Assembly (NCBI GenBank): GCA_038087875.1 | Contig: CM075989.1 | Location: forward strand, 13,518,001-13,582,000 | Source of the DNA: Malacoraja senta | Lineage: Eukaryota | DNA: 64,000 nucleotides | Direction: 5' to 3' | Shown here: positions 24,455 through 37,780 of the stretch, in pieces | Position numbering within the stretch: position 1 is the first letter of the stretch | Layout of the letters: every line of letters begins with the position of its first letter | The notes under the pieces: generated by a model | Databases searched by the model: none | Told to the model about the DNA's origin: nothing | What the model saw: the letters and a program-made list of their open reading frames with translations, nothing else | Position numbers and translations under genes: made by a program

Positions 24455-24617
24455 GTAATGTCATTCACAATTCCTTTCTTCCTTGATTAAAACAGGAATC
24501 CTTTGCCCATGTTTTGATAGGGAAATTTCAACATTTCAACATGCCCGACTTCCAAAGATAGAAATTGAACAGTTGATTAGTGATGTGATTACATCATTAT
24601 CTACTCAGAGTTTTGTG

Positions 24618-24820
24618 TTACTTATGTAAATGTGATATTTCAGTTATTTCTTTTTAATTACTTTGCAAATATTTCTAAACACCTGTTTTCGTTTCTTAAT
24701 TCTGGGGTATTGTGTAGAGATTGATGATTTAAAAAAATGAATTTAATCAATTTTAAAATAACACTGTAAAGTAACAAATTGTGGAAAAAGTGAAGGTCTG
24801 AATACTTTCTGAATGCACTG
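24618..24820. mobile_element. Tc1-like DNA transposon terminal fragment
   Basis: Ends ...GGTCTGAATACTTTCTGAATGCACTG|TA, matching the recalled teleost/amphibian Tc1 TIR CAGTGCATTC(G/A)GAAAGTATTCAGACC. Confidence 0.75.
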
Positions 24821-26039
24821 TATTCTGTTGTGCTGCAGCAAGTAAGAATTTCATTGTTCTTTCTGGGACATATGACAAAACACTCCTGACAGGTTTGTAA
24901 GATGGGCAGAGCATTGGCAGATGGAATGTGATCCTGAAAAATGTGAGATGATGCATTTTGGTTGGACTAATGGTTGGGTCCTAGAGTACTGAGGAACAGT
25001 GGATGGGCCCAAAGATCCCTAAAGGCAGTAAAGATAGAGGGTAGTACAGAATACACACAAGATACTTGTGTGTATTCACAACACAGAATATAAGAGAGAC
25101 GTTATGGTACAAGTTTATAAAACCTCAGATAAAATAGTCACGGTACAGTCTTGGTTGCCATCATATAGGATGGATAGGATGGATTTACCTTGAGTGGAGG
25201 GAGCCGAGGGTGGTTTATTTTCCTTGGAATAGAGCAAGCCAAGAGTGCTACAAAATTATGAGGCAAAGATAAAGTAGACGGTAAGAAATGTTTCCTTTCA
25301 GCAGTGGTGTTTATAACCACAGAGAATAGATTTTTGGGTGGGAGGTTTAGAAGGAAACAAAGGAAAACATTTTTTCAGTCAGAAGTTAGTTAAAATGTGC
25401 ACCACATTGCCGGAGGGGATGGTGAAGTCAAATATACTCTATAAAATTTAAAATAAATTTAGATGAGCACTTGAGACTTCATGGCATAGAAATCCATGGG
25501 CTGAGTGCTGGGAAATTAGATTAGTATAGATCAGTACTTAAACTGGCATTGAATGTGGCCTGAATGGGCTGTTTGTCTAGTGCAACTCTCTCTCTTACAC
25601 ATACCCATCCAGCTGCATGGCCAAATGGTGAATTGCCAACATTCGTTTTCCCAAGGGATGTTAATAAACAGTTGCTTCCTAAATCACTCAATGCCTGTCC
25701 AGTTACAATACATCTGCAACTATGCTACAGAGAACAGGAGTGACACAGAGGAGTCTCGCGTTAATTGGTATTGGTTGATAGTTGTCATGTATACCGAGAT
25801 ACTGTGAAAAGCTTAGTTTGCATGCTAGCCAGCCAAACCAACCTATGCACAAGTATAATCAAGCCACACAAGATACTGCAAAGAGAAAATACCAGTGCAG
25901 GCTATAGTATTATCTTATCACATATATAGTTTCGAAAAAAAGTCTAAGATCAAAAATTAGATAGGTTGGAAAATCTTAACTACAAGACTGTTCAGTTCTC
26001 TGATAACAGTAATTGAAAATCCCCTTTTTTTCTTTTTAG

Positions 26040-26152
26040 GCATTGCCACAATTAAAGTCAACATTCGGAATGCTAATTCTTTGGGAGGTGGTTTTCATTG
26101 CTGGACATGTGACATCCGTCGCCGTGGCACTCTCCAATCGTATTTCAACTGA
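26040..26152 (+). CDS. GATM: GATM exon 9 (last coding exon)
   Basis: [37 protein letters not shown] (catalytic Cys). The nine exons sum to 1290 nt, or 429 aa plus stop. Confidence 0.97.
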
Positions 26153-29100
26153 GTATTGCAGGGAGTCGAATAATTAATAATAAAAATGGCTATTGGAATT
26201 TATCCCAAGGAGCTGGAATACAAAGAGGTGAAAAGAGGTCTCAGTTCTACGAAATTGTGATTAATCTCTATTTAGTTTTGGGCACCACAGGTTGGAGCAT
26301 GAATTGTTCTGTGAGCATTACACCACAAATTTATCCGAATTATAATCAAACTGAAAATGGTTAAATTATAGAGACAGGTTGTGATAGCAGACAGAGGCAA
26401 TGCAGCCCGCCATGTGAATATTGACTTCTAGTACAGTAATCTCTTCCAATTATTCCCGTTCCTTCCCTTGAGCCTTTAACTATTCTTTCTCCAGTACTCA
26501 TTCAATTTCCTTTGGAAAGTTTTGATTGATTCAGTTTCCACCCTCCTACAGACAGCAAGTTTCTTCTTTTGCTCCATAGGTCAGGATCGTACCCCTCGAG
26601 GCATCTGCTAATGAGAATGGCTTGGCCGAGCAACTGTAATTTGGAGAATAAAAGATAAAACAATAATTGATCTGACAAAGATGTTTAAGAAGTAAAAAAA
26701 CAAATTCCATTGATGTGGGTAGGAGGGTTGTTCCCATACAAGAAGCCATCATATAATCAGATCTCAGCCATTTGGTGGTAATATCAAGAAGTGGTGGTAA
26801 TATCAAGAAGTACCTCTTGACAAAGAGTTTAAATGCAATAATCTTGGGCAGGAAGAGGCGATTTGCCAATGTTGATTTTTTGTAAATTATTTGAAAAAGT
26901 CTCCTAATTTACTCAATATCGTGCCCTTTAAATGATCACCCATTTTGTTGTTAATTAACCCATTTCCAAAACTCTCTGACATGTATTTCAGAGCACAGTC
27001 ATATGACAACTGACCATCTTGGGCTGTTACTGGTTCTTTTGTCAATTATCCCAAGTCCATGGTCTCTTGGTCACCAACAATTTTGCCAATGTAAATAATT
27101 TGTCACTATTTACCTTATCCTCATAATTGTGGATATTTCTATAAAACTTTCTTCATAGCTGATCCATTTATCATCAGTTTATCCAAGCGCTCCACAGAAA
27201 TCAAGTTCTTCTTAACTGGGGCACCCTCCTTTACAGCCTGTCCATGACATTGGCAACCTGCTCAAATGTGATGCCCAAAACTGGCACAGTACCCCAGCTG
27301 GTCCTTAAGCAATAGTTACAAAATAAGCTTCAGTGCAACCAGCTTGCTTTTGTAGTCTATGTCTATTTATAAAATCAAGGATTCCAACTTCCTTTTTCAT
27401 AATCTTCTCAATGTAGCCTGCAACTTTAAAATGTCTCTTTTCTTACAACCCCTTCTTCTAACATTACTTAAGTCAAATGTATTGTCATATGCACAGGTAC
27501 AATGAAAATCTTGCTTGAGGCAGAACACATACACATAGGCTCAGACAACACATTGAAACATAAATTACACATATTTTACAAGACCGCAAAAAAACAGACT
27601 GTGCAAGAAGACGACATTAGTGCAAAACACAATTAGAAAACAAATCCATGGTAATGCTCATCAACTAATAGTGAAACTTTGGAACAATTCTCCCCCAAAA
27701 GCCTGGTTTGGAACAAACTGAAATTTTCAAAATTGAGATGGATACATTTTTGTTAGACGATGTTATTGATTCTTATGGGGGAAAAAAGATGGGTAATTAG
27801 AGCTAAGACTTGGATCACCCACGATTAACCGAATAGCAAAACCCGTGCAAAAGCCACTGTTGATCCTATTCACCCGTGTTAATTCAGCTCAAGCCTCGAC
27901 TCAAACATAGGTTGAATTTACTTTAGACAAACACATGCATGAATTGTAGGTTGTACTTTAACGGTGGTCAATCACTGCTCAAAGCTGGTTTTTTAAATTA
28001 TATCGAAGAGATATGCTCAAATTAAAGTGTAATCTGCAACAAAGGTCCTCTTGTTGACTTACAAACATTTCCTCATTTAATGACTCTGGCTTCTCAATTC
28101 CTCTTGACAAAGTCACAAGTTATTTCAGGTTTTTTGTGATACCATTCTCAGTCTTCACGTACTGTTGTCATTCTCCACTCTATTCAACATTTTAAATTAA
28201 ATTTACTGGAATTCCATTGAGGACCATGTTTGTATTTGGTGTAGGAATTAGCAGTTTTGCAATGCTCATTTAAAAAAAATCTTGTATAAGATTTTACTTG
28301 GCAGCTGAATATAGTGAGGCAAATGATTTGGCATAAATCCATGCATTACCATAAAATGTCTCTCTGTTCCCACCTGATGTCGAGAGTTGGGACTTTAAAA
28401 AAAAATAAACCCGAGAGACAGAGTGCATGAGCTCATACCCAGGTAACTAGAGTTTCACAGAGGCAGTCACCACTTACCTGAATAAAAGTGAAAATGCTAG
28501 AAAAAAAGCACAGCGGGGCAGGCAGCATCTGTGGAAAGAGAAACAAAAAGGGTTGCAGTCACATGTCAATTGCTTCTCTCTCCATGGTTGCTGCCTGACC
28601 TGTGTGTTTCCAGTATTTTCTGTTTTTAATTTCAGATTTCCAGCATCAGCAGGTTTGATTGCCATTTCCAGAATGATTTGCATCACTTAAATTCATTAGG
28701 CATCTCCAGAGGAGACCACTGGTATGCCGAGACTTTTTCCATATGTGAAATGTTCTTTTGGAGGGTGCTTAAGAATTGAACCATGTTGTTTCAGGAGCAA
28801 CTGTGGTTGCTCGCTGGAGAGACTACAACATAGCAGACTCCTGCTTGGCGAGGCAATTCCTTCCACTCCTATCCTTCTGACTGCATCTCTGTCCCACAAT
28901 TATCCTATTTCCAAGCCCCAATATCACCCACCTCTCAACTTAACACCATTCAAGCATTGTAGTTTCCTCATCTCCCCATTCCTATCCAATTTGCAAGGCT
29001 TCAAAGTTCAATTGGCCACTGCCCAACTACACGTGCCACACCCAATCACCTGCACCCACAACTTTTAGGGTGCAGTAGAATTCCTGGGCATGCATGTATT

Positions 29101-30849
29101 CAGCTTTGTGTGGATCTTCATACTGTGAATCTCTTAATTGGTGAAGTGTTTAAAATAAGACTGGGATGCTCCATCATTTGTCTTCAATTAATTTGTTTCA
29201 AGTCTAATTGTTTTGCTTGAATGCTGAACTCACTTGAACCCCAGAGTGTATTGCATGCGGTACAGGCTATCAAATATTGCTGGTATACATTTTGGCCCGA
29301 GGAGACATGTTGGGCTCTAGCTTTCTGATTGAAAAATCATTAAATTTAATTCCTGTAAACAAAGTTTTCCCACTGCTGTAAACCTATTAAGATCCAGGGG
29401 TTTAGAGAATCCATACAGGGAGAGTTGCAGAGAGTGTTGCAGGCTGACAGATTGTGTGGCCAGTGGGTGGAGCTCATTAGCTCCCAAACAGCAGCATACA
29501 GTCAGTTACAGAGTATAGAAATAGGCTCTTTGAACCTCTACATCTCTGCTGACTCCATCTGCCCGCGCAGAAGCATTTGCTTTATTTACTTATCTGGCCT
29601 TTAAGCCCAACCGTCTGCAGGGATGCTCTTCTAGCACGCAAGACTTGCCACAGGCACTCGATGCTCCTAGAGAGGAGACTTCAGATTGCAGCAGCTCTTC
29701 CCTGGATGTGCAATTCCCTGTCCTTTTCCTCTTTTTTGTGTCTAGGAACAAATGTTTCCCAGGTACATAGAACTGGACCATTTGCCCTTTGGAATGATAT
29801 TTTAAAAAATCTGCAAACATTGTTTCTGGGAAACAAGCAAAATGACAAGTGAATGAAATTCTGAAGTGTATTTAGCAACACATGGTTTAGTTAATGGTTT
29901 ATTTGTATTTTACTGCAGTATGTTGAATGAGCATGCAAAATATGTAGAATTCTTTTTCTTAATAAATAAATCTATTGAATTCAATTTCTTCAGGGTGTGT
30001 TGTGAGTAATTATAATCCTTGTTCAAGAACTTTATTCCATTTGCAGGGCTGAAAACAAGCAGAGTTTGATGATGGAGAAGTGACAATTGAGGGTCACTTT
30101 TTGGCCAGGAACCACATCATGAGCATTTAACAATTCCTTGAAAACCTGTGACTATGATTGATGGATTTCACTGTCCATACTTACACTTGTTTATCTGCAA
30201 GTAATGTGCCTATTTGCAGAGATTAATTTCTATCAAGCTTGCAATCAAATGAATGAAAATCAGCTACATTATTACCTGATAACTTGGCAGAAGTGATCCA
30301 TGTAAAGCTTCTAATAAGTAGTAGTCCACACTACAGCAATGATTACACTTCAAAGGATAGTATTGGTGTGGGGCATTTATGTTGGTAAAAGAGCTCCGGT
30401 AATGCAAGCTCTTCCTTTACTGTTGCACAGCACTTGATTTCCAATATGGATTCCCTGTTACGCGGCTAATTGTTGTAGCAAAGGAGTAGGGGAGGCTAAA
30501 ATTAGGACCAAACGACAGGACCAATCTTGTCTTAAACTCTCATTGAGAATACAAATTCCCATAGATCTGAGGGATTATAATTAGAGAAGCTCTGCCTTGT
30601 ATCACAAATTAATTGGGACTGAACTGCTGCCTGTGGATTTGACATTGGACACAGTTCTCAGAAGCAACAGATACCTTGCAACCTTCAACCAAGGATCTAC
30701 TGATCCATCCCCTGCAAGTGTAAGCAGGTCTCCCTGAAGTAGCCATGTCAGTTTCTTAATCAACAGTAACTCCCTTCTTTGAGGACTTCTCATAGGATAA
30801 CAGATGTTCAACTGTTTTGTAACAAGGAAAAAGCACCCCAAGACTTCAC

Positions 30850-31545
30850 ACTAATGGGTACAGAGTGAATAGAGCAGGGGACTGAGCACACAGCTTTGAG
30901 GTGTTCTGGTGCTGATGGTTATTGAGAAGTGTTGTTGCCAATTCGCATTGCTTGTGGTCTGCCGATGACGAAGTTGAGGATCCAATTGCATAGGGATGAC
31001 CTCTCCCTCAATGTCAGTAAAATTGATGAGTTGGTCCCAGACTTCATGAAGACCCACCCAGTCTGCATCAATGGTGTTGAAGTGAAGATGGTTGGGAGCT
31101 CCAGGTTCCTAGGTATAAATATAATCAACATGGCATTTGTCCTGGTCCAACCACATCAACAATACAGCCAATAAACCATTCCAACCTCTCTACTATGTCA
31201 CAAGGCTGAGGAAATTCAGCAAGTCCATAATGACTCTAATCCCATTTCTACATGTGCACCATGAGAAAGCACACTATTGGACTGCATCAGAGTTTGGTAT
31301 GGCAATAACTCTGCCCAAAACAACAAGAAATTGCAAAGACATGGATGCAGCCCAGTTCATGCTAGCCAGCCTCTCTCCTCTACTATCACACCACCTTCTT
31401 CACACATCCATCTGTACCAAGGGAAAGCAGCCGATATTATCAAGGACCACTCACACTCATCATTCCCTCTCCCAACAGGCAGATACAAAAGCTTGAAAGT
31501 ATGTACCAAGATTTAATAATTTCTTACCTGTTGCTATCAGTCTCC
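30850..31545. mobile_element. Rex1/Babar-like LINE fragment with inverted 5' segment
   Basis: Minus strand PQSCVLSPLLYSL (30851-31000), then plus strand SLNVSK...RFLGI...WSNHI...RLRKF...CIRVWYGN. Confidence 0.7.
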
Positions 31546-33184
31546 ATAATTAGCATATAACACTCAGCATTTTGAATATCTTTACAATCTATGCAGAATA
31601 TCAGATCTTTTCCAGGGAGGGCAACCTAGTTTCTCCAGTTTCTCCACATAAATGAAATCTCTCACACAGGAATCATTTTGATAAATCATCCTATTTAAAG
31701 CCTCCACATCTTTACTACATAGTGGCCCAGAACTGCACACAATACTTCAGTTGTGGCAGAACCCATATTTTACAAAGGTTCATTGTGACCACAAGTAAAT
31801 TCACAGGATGAGAAGGTTGTCCTATCATAAGTAACAAAATCAATCAGATCTATGTCCTTTGGAGTTTATAAGAATGAAGAGGAGCCTTAATAAAACATAT
31901 AAAATCCAGAGGGAACATGACAGGATAAATATTGAGATATCTCCACTGGTCTCAAACAAGGGCACATATTTATATAACTCCACTGGTCATTTAAAACTGA
32001 GGTGTGACAAATTCTTCTCATAGAAAATGTTGAATGTCTGCAATTCTCTATCTCATACTTGAGCAGGCTGCATTCTTTAAAATTGTAAGTTACTACATTT
32101 TTGAAAGATCAGGTAAGTGTGGGCTAATGGGAACTTGAGAGAATTGGGTCAGATCAATCATGATCATTTTGAACAGCAGGACAGGCTTGAATGGCACACC
32201 TCTGCTTTTATTTTATTTTTATTCCTTGCTCTTGCACTCTGTGCCTCCATTACTGAAGCTCATGAACCAGTTGCTTTTGTAACCACTTTCTGAACTTACC
32301 CCAAAATTTTCAACAAACCACATACAAGTACTCCAGATCTGTCTCGTCACATACCCTTTAAAAAAAAAAATCACTATTCCTACCAGAATGTAATGCTTCA
32401 CATTTTCTGTTTTGATTTTTACTCATTACACCAGCCCATTTATATCCCTGCGGTCTATAACAATCCTTCATGATGCCTCCAAATTTTGGTGATCTGTAAA
32501 TAGGAATGACTGTGCTCTTCAGAAACTAGGATGTCTATCATGTGAAGTAGATGATTTACCCACCATAAGTACTGCTGGCCTTTCTAGTACCTCCTCTATC
32601 AATTTCTATCCCATTCAGACTCTAGCAGGATTCTCTTCCTTGGAGAAAACTGATAAAATCATTATTTTTTGTGTGGATAGGAACTGCAGATGCTGGCTAT
32701 GGCACCCATCATTTTTATTTAACTTCTGCTATATCCTCTGCCTCAGACTATGTTTCTCTATGGTTCCAACCTGTTCAGTCTTTCCTTATACAAGGCCACT
32801 GCCATGGATGATTCAATGGCACTTTGCCACTGATTCTTTCTCCTGGAAAGATGTTTAATTCATAAAATACATAATTGTATTTATGTTGCAATTTACAGGC
32901 TAATACAGGCCGTTCTCCTATATGACCAGGTTGCCATTACACCAGGTTTCTCAACAAAACAGTTCAAGGTTCCACCCAACAAATTCCAGCCACTCAGCGT
33001 CAAATGGGAGGAGAGCTGTAAAATGCGGCTTTTCCCCTGTTATCTCCCTCACACTTTTCTAAACTTCAGCAGATGCAGGTATAGCTTGGTCAACCCACTC
33101 ATTACAGCATCTGTCCAATGAACTTGTCCTCAATTGCTTCCAATGCTTTAACATTCTTCCTTAAAGAGAACCAGTGCTGTACAC

Positions 33185-33820
33185 ATAATACATACATAGA
33201 TACATAGAAAATAGGTGCAGGAGTAGGCCATTCGGCCCTTCGAGCCTGCACCGCCATTCAATATGATCATGGCTGATCATCCAACTCAGTATCCCGTACC
33301 TGCCTTCTCTCCATACCCCCTGATCCCTTTAGCCACAAGGGCAACATCTAACTCCCTCTTAAATATAGCCAATAAACTGGCCTCAACTACCCTCTGTGGC
33401 AGAGAGTTCCAGAGATTCACCACTCTCTGTGTGAACAAGTTTTTTCTCATCTCGGTCTTAAAGGATTTCCCCCTTATCCTTAAGCTGTGACCTTGTCCTG
33501 GACTTCCCCAACATCGGGAACAATCTTCCTACATCTAGCCTGTCCAACCCCATAAGAATTTTGTACGTTTCTATAAGATCCCCTCTCAATCTCCTAAATT
33601 CTAGCGAGTATAAGCCAAGTCTATCCAGTCTTTCTTCATATGAAAGTCCTGACATCCCAGGAATCAGTCTGGTGAACCTTCTCTGCAATCCCTCCATGGC
33701 TATAATGTCCTTCCTCAGATTTGGAGACCAAAACTGTACGCAATACTCCAGGTGTGGTCTCACCAAGACCCTGTACAACTGCAGTAGAACCTCCCTGCTC
33801 CTATACTCAAATCCTTTTGC
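33185..33820 (-). mobile_element. CR1 LINE 3' end (young-looking)
   Basis: LYRVLVRPHLEYCVQFWSP...LQRRFTRLIPGM...RRLRGDLIETYKI, with a short tandem-repeat tail at about 33185-33210. Confidence 0.92.
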
Positions 33821-34289
33821 TATAATTCAGGCATGTGCACACTAATATCTGTACTATATCACTAATGTTTTTACAAACCACTCACCTTTAGAGGACAGTT
33901 AGATCCCTCTGCAACATCACAAGAAATGAATATACAATAACCAATAATACAGGCACTGAATAATACAATACGCTGAAGCACAAATTCTCTATTTTTCCAT
34001 AAAATAACATTCTGGTAACTTTCCTGATTACATGTTGCTCTGTATACTAGTCTTTTACAAAGCATTCATTCGGACATCTAAACCCCTCTGTGTTTCAAGT
34101 CTTTGCAATATCTCAACACTCTGATAAGACCATTTTTATTGTATAGAAAATGGACAATTTCACTTTTCGCACGCTACACTACATTTGCCCTCTCATTAAC
34201 CTCTCCGTATCACTTTGTACGTTCCTCTACATTCCTCTTCCTATCTTTTATTTTGTATCGTCACAAAATGTAGCGACCAAAGCTACGGT

Positions 34290-34786
34290 GGCTTCACCTC
34301 AGGTTAATGGATGGAGTCCCGGCGCCGATGGCAGCGGACATGGGCTCTGCCGCGCGCGGAGACGGTTGGTGCGAGGCACGCGGACAGCTCGTGCCCGGCG
34401 CGTCCAATTCGCCGCTTGAAATTTCCCACCACAGCTCCAGCTGCTGCCCCGCGCGCCCGCCGGCCAATTGGGTGGCGAGTTCCATTGACGTCAGCCGAGG
34501 TGAGAGGTGAGGTGGCAGCTCTGGACGCTCGGTGGCAGGTCTGGGGCCGGATTCCGGACTCGAGTGATCGTCGACAACTCGCCGCCCCCCCACCCACTCC
34601 ATGGTACACAGGGCCGTGAACCTGCCATAGTCGGCAAACCCGGAAGCTCGGGTTCCCCGATGGAGGACTGAGGCGTTCGGTCCGTCGCTTGCGCCGGACA
34701 GCGGTCGGTGCGAGGCGAGCGAGCGGGCGGTGCGGGCCGGGCCGGGCCCGGGGGGCGGCCTGGCGTTAGCCGCCCGCCCGCCCGCC
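34290..34786 (+). promoter_or_regulatory. PDE8A: CpG-island promoter and 5' UTR of the PDE8 gene with CCAAT and a full CRE
   Basis: Very GC/CpG-rich. GGCCAATTGG near 34462 and TGACGTCA at 34486-34493. Confidence 0.75.
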
Positions 34787-34954
34787 ATGGGCTGCACCCC
34801 AAGTGTCCACGTCTCCCAGAACGGAGTGGTCTACAGCCGAGACTCGGATGTCTCGAGCTCGTCTCATCGAGACGGCGGCCCGCTCAGCCTCCCCAGCACC
34901 AGTTCCTGGACGTCGGCTGGTAAGAAGGAACGGGTCTCCCGATCCGAGATCCAG
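34787..34954 (+). CDS. PDE8A: cAMP phosphodiesterase 8 exon 1
   Basis: GCCATGG Kozak; MGCTPSVHVSQNGVVYSRDSD...SEIQ matches the PDE8 N-terminus MGCAPSIH; GTGAGG donor. The A versus B call rests on exon 2 and synteny. Confidence 0.88.
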
Positions 34955-36519
34955 GTGAGGCCGGATGCCGGAGTAACAGACTGAAGTTAACGTAATATTT
35001 GGAAGGAAGAGGGCGACATTGTGGGAACCCATTGGGACGGGTCAGGGCTGGTTCAGTAAGGGGGCGGAGGGAACACAGTGGGTGGGGCAGTTCAGTGCCG
35101 CGGCGGGGAGAGGACACTGGTCATTGTTGGGGAGGGGAACAAAGGGGCAGGTCACCGCGGGGCTGGGTCGGAGGAACAAAGGGGAGAGTCAATGAGGGGG
35201 CGGTGTTCAGGGGATGCAGTGGGGCGGGTTAAGGTGGAGGCGGTACAATGTGTTTTGGGGGACTTACTATTCTATACCTGCCGAATGATAGCCCGAGCTT
35301 TGATCGTCTATTTCTGTATTATGGGCTCTTCCCTAATTACTTCATCCCTACCTCCCTCTAAAATACAGAAGAAATCTCATTCTGGAACCAATCTGGGATT
35401 CTTCCATTTCTTTTCTCTCATACCTCTAACTCAGAATCTCTGCTCTCTTTTTAAGCCCCAAGTTCTCCAATTGAAGGTGGACTGTTGGTTTGATGATCCA
35501 GCAAATTACTGGTTTCTTGAAACCTTTGTTTAAATTTAATGGAAACAATCTTTGTTTTGTACCCTACAATAGATTGTTGTTTCCTTGTCATTGTATTTTA
35601 AGTATAAGAAGAATGGAACATAACACGATAAGAGTATTTCGGAACAGTCCCCATTTAAACTGTGAATCAGATGCTTGTTGAATGAATGGCCTCTTTCCTT
35701 GCTATTCAATTATAGATTTTTACTGTTCAGGAAAAGGTTGTGGTGTGGAGATTTCTATGAAAATGCTTGCTTTGTTGCCTGGCAAGCTGTGTTTTGAATG
35801 CACTCATTATCTTGACAGAATTTTAAATGTGTTTTCGAACATAGAAAGTGGAACAGTGCAGGGATAAATACTCTTTGGCTGACCAAGATGCCAATTTAAA
35901 CTTACCCTATCTGCCTGCACCTGGTCCACATGCTGATTTTTGTGCCTTGGTGGCGGAGGGTTTTTGGTATTTTATATCATAATTGAGTACAAATGTGGAT
36001 TAAAATCCTTCCTATTGAACAACATTTTGGACTCCCTTGTATATGGGCTACGGTGAGTCAAGAGAGCGTTATCAGAGATGGCTAGTGAATGCTAGGCAGT
36101 ATTGCCTATGATCCATGAATTTTATTTGTGGGGGGAAAAAAATGTACAGCGCTGGAGTAATTCTGTTGGTCAGGCAGCATTTCTGGAGAGCCTGGATAGG
36201 TGGTGTTTCACGTCTAGACCTTTTTCAGACTCTACAGTCTGCAGCATGAAGAAGAGTCCCAATCCAAAACTGCACCTATCCATGTTCTGCAGAGATGCTG
36301 CCTGATCTGCTAAGTTATCTCAGCACTTTGTGTCTTTTTTTTGTAAACCAGCGTCGGCAGTTCCTTGTTTCTAAATTGTGTTTGTGAAGGTGCATTTGAG
36401 GTGCAAGAGCTGCGAGAATCTGCAGGAAGCAAATTAGATGCATCAGTCTCTTTTGATCACCCCGAGAATGAGTGAATTAACTTTTTCATTTTAAGAGAGT
36501 CAAGTGTTTTATTGTCATA

Positions 36520-36968
36520 CTAGACTAAGTGGGACCTGTTGGGTCCTAGCTTCACACGGGTGGACTGGTCCCCCAATGCAATATTCCACCATCCCACCAA
36601 TTTCAATATTGCTGGCCAGTGGGGTGGGGGGTGGGCTTTCTGGAGCGCTAGCATGGTGTTGTGGGCCGAATGGCACTGGTTTCCAGAGGGCTAGTATGGA
36701 CATTGTGGGCCGAATGGGTTCTTGGGCTGGCAGCTCAGTCACTGAGACCACACACACACCCACCCCCCCCCCCCCGCACACACTCACACTCACACTCAGA
36801 CACTCACTCACACTCACATTCATCGATGGGAAAAATCCTCGGGGCCTGCTCAGCGGAGGAGGACTGAGTAAGATGGCCAAAAATCATAGCGATATATGGT
36901 GCCCTTTTTTCTAAAATCAATTTACAGCGCATACAGGAAGTGGTCAAGATGAGACTTTAATTATATAG
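36520..36968 (-). mobile_element. Non-autonomous Helitron-like element
   Basis: Minus strand 5' CTATATAATTAAAGTCTC and 3' GGACCCAACAGGTCCCACTTAGTCTAG|T, with an internal CA-rich microsatellite. Confidence 0.75.
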
Positions 36969-36969
36969 T

Positions 36970-37780
36970 TGTCCCAGAGAGAACAATGAAATTCTAAGTT
37001 GCAGCAGCACAACAGAATATGTAAACATTGTACACTGCAAACAATATAATAAATGAGAGAGAGAAAAAAAGTTCAGTGTGTATAGATACACATACTCACA
37101 AATACAAATATATGTAGATCACACACACACCCACATATATATGTATATGCATATAAATCTCCTTGAGGCTCTCTCATGCTGATTGTTATTGAGGAAGAAG
37201 TGTTTCTGACAATTCGAACAGACTATATGGTCTATTGATGAGGAAATCGAGGATCCATTGTTGAGGGATGCGCAGAGACCCAATTCCGTGAGCTTGGTAA
37301 TGAGCTTGGAGGAGATGATGGTATTGAACGCTGAGCTGTAGTCTATAAACAACAGCCTGAAGTATGTGTTTTTATTGTCCAAGTGGTCCAGTGCAGAGTG
37401 GAGAGCCAGTGAGAATGCATCCTCCATTGACCAGTTGTGGTGTTAGGTAAACTGTAGTGAGTTAAGGTTCTTATTGAGATAAGAGTTGATAAGCACCATA
37501 ACCAACCTCTCAAAGCACTTCATCACCACTGATATTAGTGCCACCGGTTGATAGTTGTTGAGGCACGTCACCTTATTATTCTTGGGCACCGGTATTATTG
37601 ATGCCGTCTTAAAGCAGATGGGAACCTGAGTCCTCAGTAATTTTAGAACAGGTCCAGACGCTTTCCGAGGGTTCACCCCCGTGAAGGATCTTCTGACATC
37701 GGTAACTGTGACTGCAATACCATCAGGGCGTATGGGGGCTTGGGAAGGCACATCAGTGTTCTTCCTATCAAAGCGCCATT
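36970..37780 (-). mobile_element. Rex1/Babar-like LINE RT fragment
   Basis: FKTASIIPVPK...LNNYQPVALISVVMKCFERLV and [14 protein letters not shown]. Confidence 0.85.

Noticed and set aside
26773..26810. 19-bp perfect tandem duplication downstream of the GATM stop
   Set aside because: Only two units with no spacers; ordinary slippage, not CRISPR-like.
34150..35533. Many overlapping ORFs on both strands
   Set aside because: Stop-poor CpG island; only the PDE8 exon 1 frame has homology and a splice donor.
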